Shown here piece by piece: positions 20,795-29,298 of a DNA stretch of 64,000 nucleotides (position 1 is its first letter; the number at the start of each line of letters is the position of its first letter). The notes below the pieces were generated by a model. That model did no database searches, was not told the origin of the DNA, and worked only from the letters and a program-made list of their open reading frames with translations. This DNA comes from a virus (Duplodnaviria > Heunggongvirae > Uroviricota > Caudoviricetes), in the IMG/VR virus record IMGVR_UViG_2576861193_000002. One strand, written 5' to 3'. The position numbers and the translations under genes are program-made.

Positions 20795-21754
20795 ATGGTC
20801 GGATATAAAATGGGTGTGATTATGGCGCGAAAAATGACACATGAAGAACATATTGCAGATATAGCAAATGTCAATCCTCGTGTTGATATTTTAGGAGAAA
20901 TTACAGGCTGCAATGATAAGGTGTCGTGTCGTTGCAGAGTTTGTAACCACAAATGGCGTACTACGCCGCACAGCCTTAAGGCTGGCAGGGGCTGCCCCGA
21001 ATGTAAAAGAACAAAGATAGCACGAATAAAACAACTATCACATAACGATCATGTTGCTGCAATTGCTAATGTTAATCCATTTGTTGAAGTGCTAGAAAAA
21101 ATTGTTAATGTAAAGAAAAAGATCGCATGTCGTTGTAATAATTGCAAAAACATATGGATGACTACGCCAAATGATCTCAAAAACGGTCACGGCTGTCCGA
21201 AATGCTCTGGCGTAGCGAAGCTGTCACATGAAGAGCAGATTGCAGCTATTGCGAAAGTTAACCAAAATGTTGATGTAATAGGCAATATTGTTAATGACAA
21301 AACAAAAGTATCATGCCGCTGCAAGGCTTGCGGTCATGTGTGGTCGGCTACGCCTAACGACCTTAAAAATGGGCGCGGCTGCCCGAAATGCGCGAAACGA
21401 GGGTTTTTATCCCACGAACACGGAAAACTTTACATCATGGTTGATGATCTTGAAGTGCCAACAATGATGAAAATCGGCGTGAGCGTTAAGGAGAACGAGC
21501 GAAGAAATAAAGTATTAAAAAGCGCACATAAAGCAGGTGTCAGAATCCCTGATTTGTATGTCGTGAAAACGTGGGTGGGGCCAACTGAAAAAGTACAAGA
21601 ATTAGAAAGCACGATGCATAAGGCTTTTAGCAATTATAAAATTAACTTCCCTGTAAAATTTGATGGCAGTAATGAATTTTTCTACTACAGGCCGGAAGTA
21701 TTCAGCATGGTAGAAAGTACATACAGTGATATTGTAAATAAAAATGCGGCATGA
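20795..21754 (+). CDS. triple zinc-ribbon + T5orf172 (GIY-YIG-like) domain protein
   Basis: Three ~57-aa repeats each with CRCxxC...GxGCPxC; C-terminus GKLYIMV..MKIGVS..ERRNKVL...ESTMHKAF...NEFF matches T5orf172 pattern. Confidence 0.6.
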   Translation: MVGYKMGVIMARKMTHEEHIADIANVNPRVDILGEITGCNDKVSCRCRVCNHKWRTTPHSLKAGRGCPECKRTKIARIKQLSHNDHVAAIANVNPFVEVLEKIVNVKKKIACRCNNCKNIWMTTPNDLKNGHGCPKCSGVAKLSHEEQIAAIAKVNQNVDVIGNIVNDKTKVSCRCKACGHVWSATPNDLKNGRGCPKCAKRGFLSHEHGKLYIMVDDLEVPTMMKIGVSVKENERRNKVLKSAHKAGVRIPDLYVVKTWVGPTEKVQELESTMHKAFSNYKINFPVKFDGSNEFFYYRPEVFSMVESTYSDIVNKNAA

Positions 21755-21794
21755 ATATTCAGCCCACCACCATTAGTGACGGGCTTATTCTTAG

Positions 21795-24002
21795 TTATCT
21801 TTTTCGTGGCTGTATAATCCCCCCGGGGCGCGTGCTCTGCTCCCTCACAACACCCATAGCAACCTTCTTCATCGTCTCTTGCAGTTTGGCGCTGTCCTGC
21901 TCGGTCCATCCGTTCTCGGCTGTTATGTTGATGGTAACAGGCATGTTGATGCCGCCACCGCCGCCAATGTCGCGATTTGGTATTACCCTGCCGTTGTCAC
22001 CCGGAATCATGTACTGCTCGCCGTTTCGAGATTGGAAGATCTCTGGCTTGCCGTGCTCGCCAACCCTATAAAGATTATTGCTATTAACCGCACCGCCGTT
22101 ATAACGAGCGCCAGCAAGCCCAAGCGCCTTAGCCCCAGCCACACCAGTGGCAAGACTCGTGCCCCCCACGGTCGCCGCTCCGCCCATCGTGGCAACGTTT
22201 GCCAGGTATGCAGGAGTGGCCCACGCAGATCCTAATGCAGTAGCCTCGGCTAGTGCTTTAGCTGTTGCCGCAGCGCTGGCGGCCTCACCGATCAATTGCT
22301 GTTTAACCCATTCAGCCCCCATTTGAACAAGTGTACCGATAACGGAGGAAAGGATTGTATTGCCAATGTTAGCCAGCGCCTGCTGCCAACTTTGAGTGCC
22401 GTTAACCAGGCCCACAAGCGCATTTGTTGCAGATCCTCCCATTGCATCAACGGTATCACCCAATAGTTTGTAGCTCATTGACTGTGCTTTATATCGCTCC
22501 CATTCAATGGAGATCATTTCTTGTGCGTGCGCTCTTTCTTGCTCCTTCATGTATTGCTCGGTAGCGCCAAGATCTTCCAGCATTTGCTTGCGTATGGTCC
22601 ATTCATTTTGCGCCTGCTGTATTGGGTCCAGCTCGCCGCGCTTCTGATCCAGTGATGAAATCATTTTGTCCCATTTTTCTTGCAGCCTATTGATCGGGTC
22701 GTTAATTTCTGCTAGAGTTTCGCGCAATTCATCACCAATTCCCTTCATTGCGCCTTTGTATTCAAGCATGGTTATTTTCCCGGCTTTAAAGGCTGCATCT
22801 ATGGCTTTTTGTGATTCAAGCGCTTTGCGCATTGCTGCTGAATCTTCGTTGTATGCATCTGAAATGCGCACACCCTGTTCCGCAAGGCGCTCGGCTTCTG
22901 ATTTGCCGGATTTTTTACCTTTGCCTTTATTACCCTTGCCACCAGGTTGAGGCTTAAATGTTATGCGACTTACACCAGCTTGCCCCGTGGGGAGAGTGGA
23001 AACAAATGGCTGTTCTCCATCGCCAAACCATCCAACCTGTTTTGCTTGAGCGCGGAACAAACTAAGCCCAGGCACTATACCCTCAAACGCCCCAGCCAAT
23101 AGCCACAATTTGTCAGTTAATGACGTGCTGTCGCTCGCCAGGGACTTAAACCAGCCGGATAATATTTGGACTTCACTAGAGATAGCTTGTATACCAGTAA
23201 CCACCAAATCGGACACGCCAAGCGTTTGATTTAGCGTGTCGATTAGCAGATCGAAGTTGTTTTTTAGCTCGTTAAATGCCTGATCTGTTGTTGTTGGCAG
23301 CTTTGCGAAGTCCTTCTCTATGTCTTCTGCGCCAGCAAGAATTGCGTTGGTAACATCCTCAGCGGTGAGCTTACCATCAAGCATTCTTGCGCGAAGTTCA
23401 CCCATCGAGATTCCCATTTGTTTGGATACGCGCCGCCACACCTCTGGCATGTTTTCAAGTACAGAGTTGTATTCTTCCGCGCGAACAATGCCGCCCGTCA
23501 GTGACTGCCCTAACTGGCGAAGTGCGTTTGACATTTCATCTGATGAGCTACCACCGATACGCCCTATTTTTTGAAGCGAGTCGGTAAGCTGCAATACCTG
23601 CTGACTTGTCGCACTGGTATCCTGAAGGCTGGCCTTCAGGCTTTCCCACAGCTTCCCGGTGCTTTGAACGCTCATCCCTGTACGATTCGATATCTGAATA
23701 ATCCCGTCAAAATTCGATTTTGCGTCAGCAATGCCACTCGACAGGCGCGTCACCCTGGCACGAAGCAGATTTACGTTATCCGCGATCTCCAGGAATTTTT
23801 TTGCAGCCATAACCATCATCCCAATGTTCACAGCTTTAGATAAATTACTTATTGTGGTGTTAAGTGACTTTACTGATTTATCGGTGCGTTTAGCGCCTTG
23901 CTCGATTTTATCAAACGAGTCTTCAGCCTTGCGTTGAGCTACAAGTAACCGTTCGGTTTTTGCGTCAACGGTATATTCGATCGTGCCTACATTTGTGGTC
24001 AT
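21795..24002 (-). CDS. tail tape measure protein
   Basis: 735 aa; alpha-helical, Gly/Ala-rich C-terminal segments; between G/T and M. Confidence 0.85.
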   Translation of the reverse strand: MTTNVGTIEYTVDAKTERLLVAQRKAEDSFDKIEQGAKRTDKSVKSLNTTISNLSKAVNIGMMVMAAKKFLEIADNVNLLRARVTRLSSGIADAKSNFDGIIQISNRTGMSVQSTGKLWESLKASLQDTSATSQQVLQLTDSLQKIGRIGGSSSDEMSNALRQLGQSLTGGIVRAEEYNSVLENMPEVWRRVSKQMGISMGELRARMLDGKLTAEDVTNAILAGAEDIEKDFAKLPTTTDQAFNELKNNFDLLIDTLNQTLGVSDLVVTGIQAISSEVQILSGWFKSLASDSTSLTDKLWLLAGAFEGIVPGLSLFRAQAKQVGWFGDGEQPFVSTLPTGQAGVSRITFKPQPGGKGNKGKGKKSGKSEAERLAEQGVRISDAYNEDSAAMRKALESQKAIDAAFKAGKITMLEYKGAMKGIGDELRETLAEINDPINRLQEKWDKMISSLDQKRGELDPIQQAQNEWTIRKQMLEDLGATEQYMKEQERAHAQEMISIEWERYKAQSMSYKLLGDTVDAMGGSATNALVGLVNGTQSWQQALANIGNTILSSVIGTLVQMGAEWVKQQLIGEAASAAATAKALAEATALGSAWATPAYLANVATMGGAATVGGTSLATGVAGAKALGLAGARYNGGAVNSNNLYRVGEHGKPEIFQSRNGEQYMIPGDNGRVIPNRDIGGGGGINMPVTINITAENGWTEQDSAKLQETMKKVAMGVVREQSTRPGGIIQPRKR

Positions 24003-24010
24003 GATTGCTA

Positions 24011-24080
24011 CTCCAGTTTTGTGATCTGTGTCTCTATTTTATACAAAATGGCTTTACTTCAGCGACTCCATTTTGTATAA
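24011..24080 (+). promoter_or_regulatory. regulatory region with perfect 12-bp inverted repeat TATACAAAATGG-N16-CCATTTTGTATA
   Basis: Upstream of plus-strand lipoprotein moron; TTTTGTGATCTGTGT box shared with 9518-9535. Confidence 0.45.
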
Positions 24081-24319
24081 GGAAGCCATAGGGAACAGTT
24101 AAGAAATCAAACAAAAACGAGGTGAATTATGAAAAGTTTAATCAACAAAATTCTGGTGGTTGCCATTGCTCTTGCAATCTGTGTGCACATGACCGTGCTT
24201 TACTGGCAAGCTCCAAATGCAATGCTCATGATGCAGATCGCAGGTCAAAAGGCGTTCATCCCTGGCTGGGGTGCGCTGGATGCTTTAATCCGCTGGTTTA
24301 TGGCTTAAAGGTGCTAATT

Positions 24320-24694
24320 ATGAAAAACGTATTAAAAGCCGCGCTGATTGGTGTTATTGCTCTGTCGCTCGCTGGGTGTGCAAGATCAACTGATTTTGTT
24401 AGGTTGGCTGATAATAAGTTGCAGGCTGGAATGACTTGCGAGCAGGTTACTAAAATCATGGGTGAGCCTCAAAGGATTGAGTATGACGGTAAGTACAGCT
24501 ATCACGTATGGTGGTCGGTAACAAGTACGGTAGGTTTTACATACATGGATGTTGAAGAGTTATCCCCTTCAAGGGTTATAGCGAAGTTTGATAATTGTAT
24601 TCTGAAAGAATGGAAAGATCGCAGCAAGGCGAAGACTGTATATGGCACAATTACTCACAGCTCACCAGGCGCTGCCGTCAAAGATTTCAATTAA
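24320..24694 (+). CDS. moron lipoprotein, possibly BamE/SmpA-OmlA-like fold
   Basis: Internal Met of ORF 24122..24694: MKNVLKAALIGVIALSLAGC lipobox; GMTCEQVTKIMGEP motif. Confidence 0.55.
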   Translation: MKNVLKAALIGVIALSLAGCARSTDFVRLADNKLQAGMTCEQVTKIMGEPQRIEYDGKYSYHVWWSVTSTVGFTYMDVEELSPSRVIAKFDNCILKEWKDRSKAKTVYGTITHSSPGAAVKDFN

Positions 24695-24700
24695 AGAAAG

Positions 24701-24727
24701 GCCCGGCTAATTCCGGGCTTTTTGTTC
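24701..24727 (+). terminator. rho-independent terminator after lipoprotein moron
   Basis: GCCCGGctaattCCGGGC + TTTTTGTTCTTT. Confidence 0.55.
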
Positions 24728-25399
24728 TTTGGATTTTTTTAGTCTTTCCAGCACCTCCATAGCCTCCCTCATTCCATCGTCATAAGCCTTTTTATCAAGC
24801 AATACATTTGGTCGTTTTTGTTTGTTTCTTGCTTCTTGCGGCGTTTTGGCGCGTACTGCGGCCCTGTATCCGGTCATTGTCATGCCCCATGCTTCTGATT
24901 CAGATAGCCCCAGGTGAGCAACGGCGGAGTAAACATATTCAAGGATGTCGAATGTTGGCTTGTACTCGCCTTCCTGGGTTGTGACCGTGTCTTCTTCTGG
25001 ACCGTCACCAATTAAACCGTGATACATACAGTGTTGCGCCAGTGTGATAACGTCGCTGGTGGGCATCAACCCAGGTTTTAGTCTCAACTTACCCGAAGGA
25101 GTGAAGCTGCATTCGCCCAATAACGGGCCTATTTCGTCCTCTGAGCAACATTTCAGGACGTGGATGGACGTTTGCACTAACTCACCATAACAACGCGCCA
25201 TAATGCGATTGCGGAGGTCTGGATCCGTTGGCAAACGCTGTGGGTATTTACCACCGTGCACAGTTGCGAAGTATTCAACTAATTCCCTGTCACTGCCGAC
25301 CTTAGCCATTGCAGCAAAGCAGGGGTTAAACACATACCGCCTGCCATCAACCACAACCGCAAATTGTCCTGTTCGAACATGGATCATAACTGTCACCAT
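24707..25399 (-). CDS. tail assembly chaperone (G/GT-like)
   Basis: 230 aa; position between major tail and tape measure genes; basic C-terminus. Confidence 0.5.
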   Translation of the reverse strand: MVTVMIHVRTGQFAVVVDGRRYVFNPCFAAMAKVGSDRELVEYFATVHGGKYPQRLPTDPDLRNRIMARCYGELVQTSIHVLKCCSEDEIGPLLGECSFTPSGKLRLKPGLMPTSDVITLAQHCMYHGLIGDGPEEDTVTTQEGEYKPTFDILEYVYSAVAHLGLSESEAWGMTMTGYRAAVRAKTPQEARNKQKRPNVLLDKKAYDDGMREAMEVLERLKKSKEQKARN

Positions 25400-25440
25400 A
25401 AAATAAAGGGGCCAAATGGCCCCGATGTTAATATTTACTG

Positions 25441-25917
25441 TTACACTGACGGAACGTCACCTACCGTGACCTTGCCAGCGCTTTCGCATTCAATGGACCA
25501 GGTGGACACATCATCGTTAGGGTCTTCTTCTTTGAATGAAGTGCAAAGGAACGGACCCTCAGTTACGTCAACCGGGGAAACAAGTTTAAGCCACACATAA
25601 GGTTGTGATCCGGTAGTTTCACCGGGGCTGACAACGTGGCGCTTCAGTTCTTTTTGGTTGTGGATTGCTTCGGTGCGGGATACGCCGTCACCAGAGAAAG
25701 AAACAGATTTGTAAGTTACCAATGATTCTTTCGTGTAGTCTGCTGATTTGTCAGCGGTGGCGTCTGCGGTTTCCCATTCTACGGAAAGCGATTTACCACG
25801 CATCATGCCTAACGCTTTATATGCTTCGTCATTAGGTTTCGCATTAGGGCAAGCGATAGCAAAGAATACAGCCACGTCGCGGCCCAAGAATGCGCCTTTT
25901 TCGCAAGTCTGAGACAT
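25441..25917 (-). CDS. major tail protein
   Basis: 158 aa; position upstream of chaperone/tape measure. Confidence 0.6.
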   Translation of the reverse strand: MSQTCEKGAFLGRDVAVFFAIACPNAKPNDEAYKALGMMRGKSLSVEWETADATADKSADYTKESLVTYKSVSFSGDGVSRTEAIHNQKELKRHVVSPGETTGSQPYVWLKLVSPVDVTEGPFLCTSFKEEDPNDDVSTWSIECESAGKVTVGDVPSV

Positions 25918-25929
25918 GTTTGTTACCTC

Positions 25930-26316
25930 TTATCTGGATATAATGGTTTGGAAAGCTACGGTAAAAATAAAGCGCCCTTCTCTCGTCTGCATTGCAGGAA
26001 TAGCGCCAACTGGCTTCATGTGTGTAATTTTATCAGTTTTATACTCTGTTATCATACTTTGCCGTATTGCGTCGGCGAGATCTTCCACTTCACTGATATT
26101 TGCGTCATTGCGCGCTGAAATAACCAGGATGCGGAAGTAGTCACGGGTTACCGCTTCTTCACCAGCCGCGCCGCCGTTTTGCTGTATGACAATATATCTG
26201 CTGTTATTCGAATTGGATCGCTCATTCCAGAAACGGGCCTGCAAAATATAACCTTCGTCGTACCCGTGGGATTTAATCCAATCCCTTATTTCGTCGTATA
26301 CTTCGCTGCGTTTCAT
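25930..26316 (-). CDS. tail terminator / tail completion protein
   Basis: 128 aa; synteny. Confidence 0.5.
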   Translation of the reverse strand: MKRSEVYDEIRDWIKSHGYDEGYILQARFWNERSNSNNSRYIVIQQNGGAAGEEAVTRDYFRILVISARNDANISEVEDLADAIRQSMITEYKTDKITHMKPVGAIPAMQTREGRFIFTVAFQTIISR

Positions 26317-26792
26317 GATTGTTTCGTCCAGTACCCAAGTTTAATCGTGTTCCAGATTTCATTGAAATTATCTGGTTCCTCGAACGCCTTGCGCAAAAAT
26401 TCCGGTTCCGCGTTCGGATCCCAGTAATAACCTTTCCCAGTACCGCCGCCGAACTCAATTACCTGTTTCGGTCCGAAATCTGAAAGGTTATTGGTTTTCC
26501 CGAAATGCTCGCGCGGCTGTCCCATTAATGTACCTGGCATGTCATGCACCCACTCAGCATAGCGGGCGGTATATCCAACCCTGAGACAAAGGCCGTTACC
26601 GTTTTTCTCAACTGTCTGGTACATACTGTTAATTAAAAACCCTGTATCAACTGGAGTCATTCCAGACGCAAGGCCAGAGGCAACATTGCCAACCATCCAT
26701 AGCACTTCATAAGTTTTTTTATCTGCTATATTCCTGATCTCTTCCGTCATTTTCATGCGGACGCGCCTGACGCCTTTTAGCGGCATAATCAA
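26313..26792 (-). CDS. HK97 gp10-like head-tail joining protein
   Basis: 159 aa; synteny and family resemblance. Confidence 0.55.
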   Translation of the reverse strand: MIMPLKGVRRVRMKMTEEIRNIADKKTYEVLWMVGNVASGLASGMTPVDTGFLINSMYQTVEKNGNGLCLRVGYTARYAEWVHDMPGTLMGQPREHFGKTNNLSDFGPKQVIEFGGGTGKGYYWDPNAEPEFLRKAFEEPDNFNEIWNTIKLGYWTKQS

Positions 26793-27178
26793 CCCCCTGT
26801 CACGATCTTATAATCCGGCGTGTCGTTAAACATGCTCATGTCCCATTCAACGACTCCGGTTATAAAGTTGGCCCCAGCCGCCAGCGGGTCAGCAATAGTA
26901 GTGGTGTCACCAGTGGCAAGCATCCAGCCTTTTTCCGGGCGCTGTACTGGCTGCATATCGTGAAGCAGTTCGGTATATACGGTTATTGTGTTGCTAACCT
27001 CATTCCCGTTTGCGTCTGTTGCGGTTCCGTCAGTGCGTTCCCATGCACAATCAATCAGGTATGGCGTTCCGTATACGTCGGAGTTTGTCCAGTCGTCACG
27101 CGTCACGGGGTAAATGGTGGCCAACGCTTTGTAGCTGAATCTCGCGATCTTACTCATAGCCATAGCTCCATTTAACAA
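26789..27178 (-). CDS. head closure / head-tail adaptor protein
   Basis: 129 aa; synteny. Confidence 0.5.
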   Translation of the reverse strand: MLNGAMAMSKIARFSYKALATIYPVTRDDWTNSDVYGTPYLIDCAWERTDGTATDANGNEVSNTITVYTELLHDMQPVQRPEKGWMLATGDTTTIADPLAAGANFITGVVEWDMSMFNDTPDYKIVTGG

Positions 27179-27335
27179 TTTTCGGATGGGTTTTCGCCAC
27201 GCGCGGGCAAAGAATCACCCATTCTCCAGCGTCATTAAGATATGCCGCCACCTGTCGCCCGGTATCAGTCTGCACCCATACGCGGGTAAACAGTTTTGGT
27301 AATAGCGGATCCGGTAATGTCAGGTCATTCCACAT
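27150..27335 (-). CDS. small head-tail connector-region protein
   Basis: 61 aa ORF between adaptor genes. Confidence 0.35.
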   Translation of the reverse strand: MWNDLTLPDPLLPKLFTRVWVQTDTGRQVAAYLNDAGEWVILCPRVAKTHPKIVKWSYGYE

Positions 27336-27337
27336 TG

Positions 27338-27724
27338 TTACATCCTCCCGCTTTTACCTATCCACAGCCCAGCGTGTGCGGTGTTTTCTGGATCCGGCGG
27401 AATCAGTTCTGCTGTGCAATGGTGTTTGTCCAGTGAGTAAAGCAACGAATAGGCTGCCTTCCATTTCTTATTGAAATCGACATAGCGGTAAGACTGGCTT
27501 GCACCGTTCGTGCCTGTGTGTGAGGAAACGTATTTATTCGCCTGTGTGAGTCCTAACAGTCCGATCAGATAAAGTTGAATTAATGTTGCAGTGGGGGCCG
27601 GATAGTTAGCATCAAGGCATTCGTTAACGCTGTTTGCCTGCTCCACCAGCAAGGATAAAACCACGTCTGGTATTTCAATTCCCTGACTTTCAAGATATTC
27701 CCGCGCCTGTTGTGTAGTAACCAT
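27338..27724 (-). CDS. gp6-like head-tail connector protein
   Basis: Internal start MVTTQQAREYLE...; first gene after capsid. Confidence 0.5.
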   Translation of the reverse strand: MVTTQQAREYLESQGIEIPDVVLSLLVEQANSVNECLDANYPAPTATLIQLYLIGLLGLTQANKYVSSHTGTNGASQSYRYVDFNKKWKAAYSLLYSLDKHHCTAELIPPDPENTAHAGLWIGKSGRM

Positions 27725-27744
27725 TTTGTTTTCTCCACATACAA

Positions 27745-27772
27745 AAAAAATCCCCGGCATTGCGCCGGGGAG
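27745..27772 (-). terminator. terminator/attenuator after major capsid gene
   Basis: CCCCGGCgcaatGCCGGGG hairpin + T-run on minus strand. Confidence 0.5.
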
Positions 27773-27789
27773 TTACAGGAAACGTTATA

Positions 27790-28842
27790 TTAGGAATTTT
27801 TGCCGTAAACGACTCCGGAACGGCCCAGCATGTCGCAGGTGATTTGTAAACCTTCGGCAGACATGATTTTGAAATTGTAGTTATCGGTAGGCATGGTGCG
27901 CGGTACAGGTACTACGCCAGTAGTCATACCGATCAGCGGGGTGATAACGTCACGACGGCGCTGATAAGCAATGATTTCGTTGCCTTTCAGTGCAAAGGTC
28001 TGGCGGATTTCACCAACCGGGGCGAACGGCATAACCGTATTGAGCACGCTGCCAACTACAGCACCGTTAACGATGTGCGGGCGGGCCAGGTTAGCCATGA
28101 TTTCAGGTGATACCCACATAACATCATATTTAGCAACGAAGTTATTGCGGGCCAGAACACCAAATTCACCAATGGTGAAGAAGTCGATCAGTGCGTCAAA
28201 TTTTGCAGTGGTCAGGTCAGTGGTCATGGTTAGTTGTTGGGTGTTTTTGTGGTTTTTAATACCCATAGCTTTATGACCATCAACCGCGATGTTTTCGTTA
28301 CCTTCCAGGTAGAAGTTAACGCGTTTTTTGTTGAATTTTTTCAGTTTCAGGCGCTGACTGTCCAGGGCGAGGTCAATACCTACAGTATTTAAGCCCTGAG
28401 CTAAACGCCAGTTAACACCGTAACCAGCTGCGAACATCGGGATCGGGTCGCCATCGCTGCCGTATTCGGTGTGATCAAAGCCGTGTGGCGCCTGACCATC
28501 CATAGACATTACGACTTCATCGTTGATGTCGCCGGATACGCTGTACATTTTCAGCGTTTTACCGATAGGCAGTACGGTTTGCACACCCATCAGGTCGTTG
28601 ACGATCTCAATACCGATTTCCTCGGTGTTCAGTTCGATGATCTGGTTATCAATTTCTTTCCAGAACTCTTTTGCGAAGCCACCAACAGCGTTACAGGCAA
28701 GCATTTCAGAAGTCATGTTTGCTTTGTTTGCTGCAATCATGGCGTCATGCTGAGCGTTGAAGATATTGCGCTGCGCCCACAGTTCGCTCCAATGACCCTG
28801 CATACGGGCGTTGGTAGCAAGGTTTTCTTTAGTAAAGTACAT
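27790..28842 (-). CDS. major capsid protein
   Basis: 350 aa; position after decoration and scaffold genes, followed by terminator. Confidence 0.8.
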   Translation of the reverse strand: MYFTKENLATNARMQGHWSELWAQRNIFNAQHDAMIAANKANMTSEMLACNAVGGFAKEFWKEIDNQIIELNTEEIGIEIVNDLMGVQTVLPIGKTLKMYSVSGDINDEVVMSMDGQAPHGFDHTEYGSDGDPIPMFAAGYGVNWRLAQGLNTVGIDLALDSQRLKLKKFNKKRVNFYLEGNENIAVDGHKAMGIKNHKNTQQLTMTTDLTTAKFDALIDFFTIGEFGVLARNNFVAKYDVMWVSPEIMANLARPHIVNGAVVGSVLNTVMPFAPVGEIRQTFALKGNEIIAYQRRRDVITPLIGMTTGVVPVPRTMPTDNYNFKIMSAEGLQITCDMLGRSGVVYGKNS

Positions 28843-28859
28843 GTTTTTCCCCTTTTAAA

Positions 28860-29282
28860 TTAAGCGACGCGAACGCGGATAAAGTCTTCCGCTTCCAGTC
28901 TTACGTCTTCCTGGCAGAATGCAATGGTTTTTGCCGATCCGCCGTCCACAGCAGAAGACAATTTAGCGCCATCTGACGCAAGGGCAATGGCTGCGCCTTT
29001 GGTGTAGGTTGCAGCAGGAACACGAAGAGCAAACTCACGCCCCTGTTCCACATAATCAGCAACAACCGTAGCATTAGCTGCGATTGCATCTGCAATGGTT
29101 TTACCTTCATGGAATGCTGGGTTAACGATATACAACTGCTCATTGTCAACATCAGCAGTGACCGCTTTAACGAATTTACCGCCCTGCAGTTTAACCAGTT
29201 CACCTGGTTTTAATTCAGCACCAGCGAGGCGGGTTTCGGTGATGGACTTGCCATCAATATTTACACGACGAAAACGAAACAT
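28860..29282 (-). CDS. head decoration protein (D-like)
   Basis: 140 aa Ala/Val-rich; directly upstream of capsid gene as in lambda D-E. Confidence 0.55.
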   Translation of the reverse strand: MFRFRRVNIDGKSITETRLAGAELKPGELVKLQGGKFVKAVTADVDNEQLYIVNPAFHEGKTIADAIAANATVVADYVEQGREFALRVPAATYTKGAAIALASDGAKLSSAVDGGSAKTIAFCQEDVRLEAEDFIRVRVA

Positions 29283-29298
29283 TGTGATCCCCTTTTAA

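Noticed and set aside
22007-23937. Plus-strand ORFs overlapping the tape measure gene and minus-strand ORF 53398..53583
   Set aside because: Antisense to strongly supported genes, or overlapping a better-supported small peptide with an RBS; no independent support.
24122-24319. 66-aa Cys/His-rich N-terminal extension of ORF 24122..24694
   Set aside because: Low-complexity read-through upstream of a canonical lipoprotein signal peptide that starts at an internal Met with its own RBS. My base-by-base reading here also disagreed with the track translation by one base.
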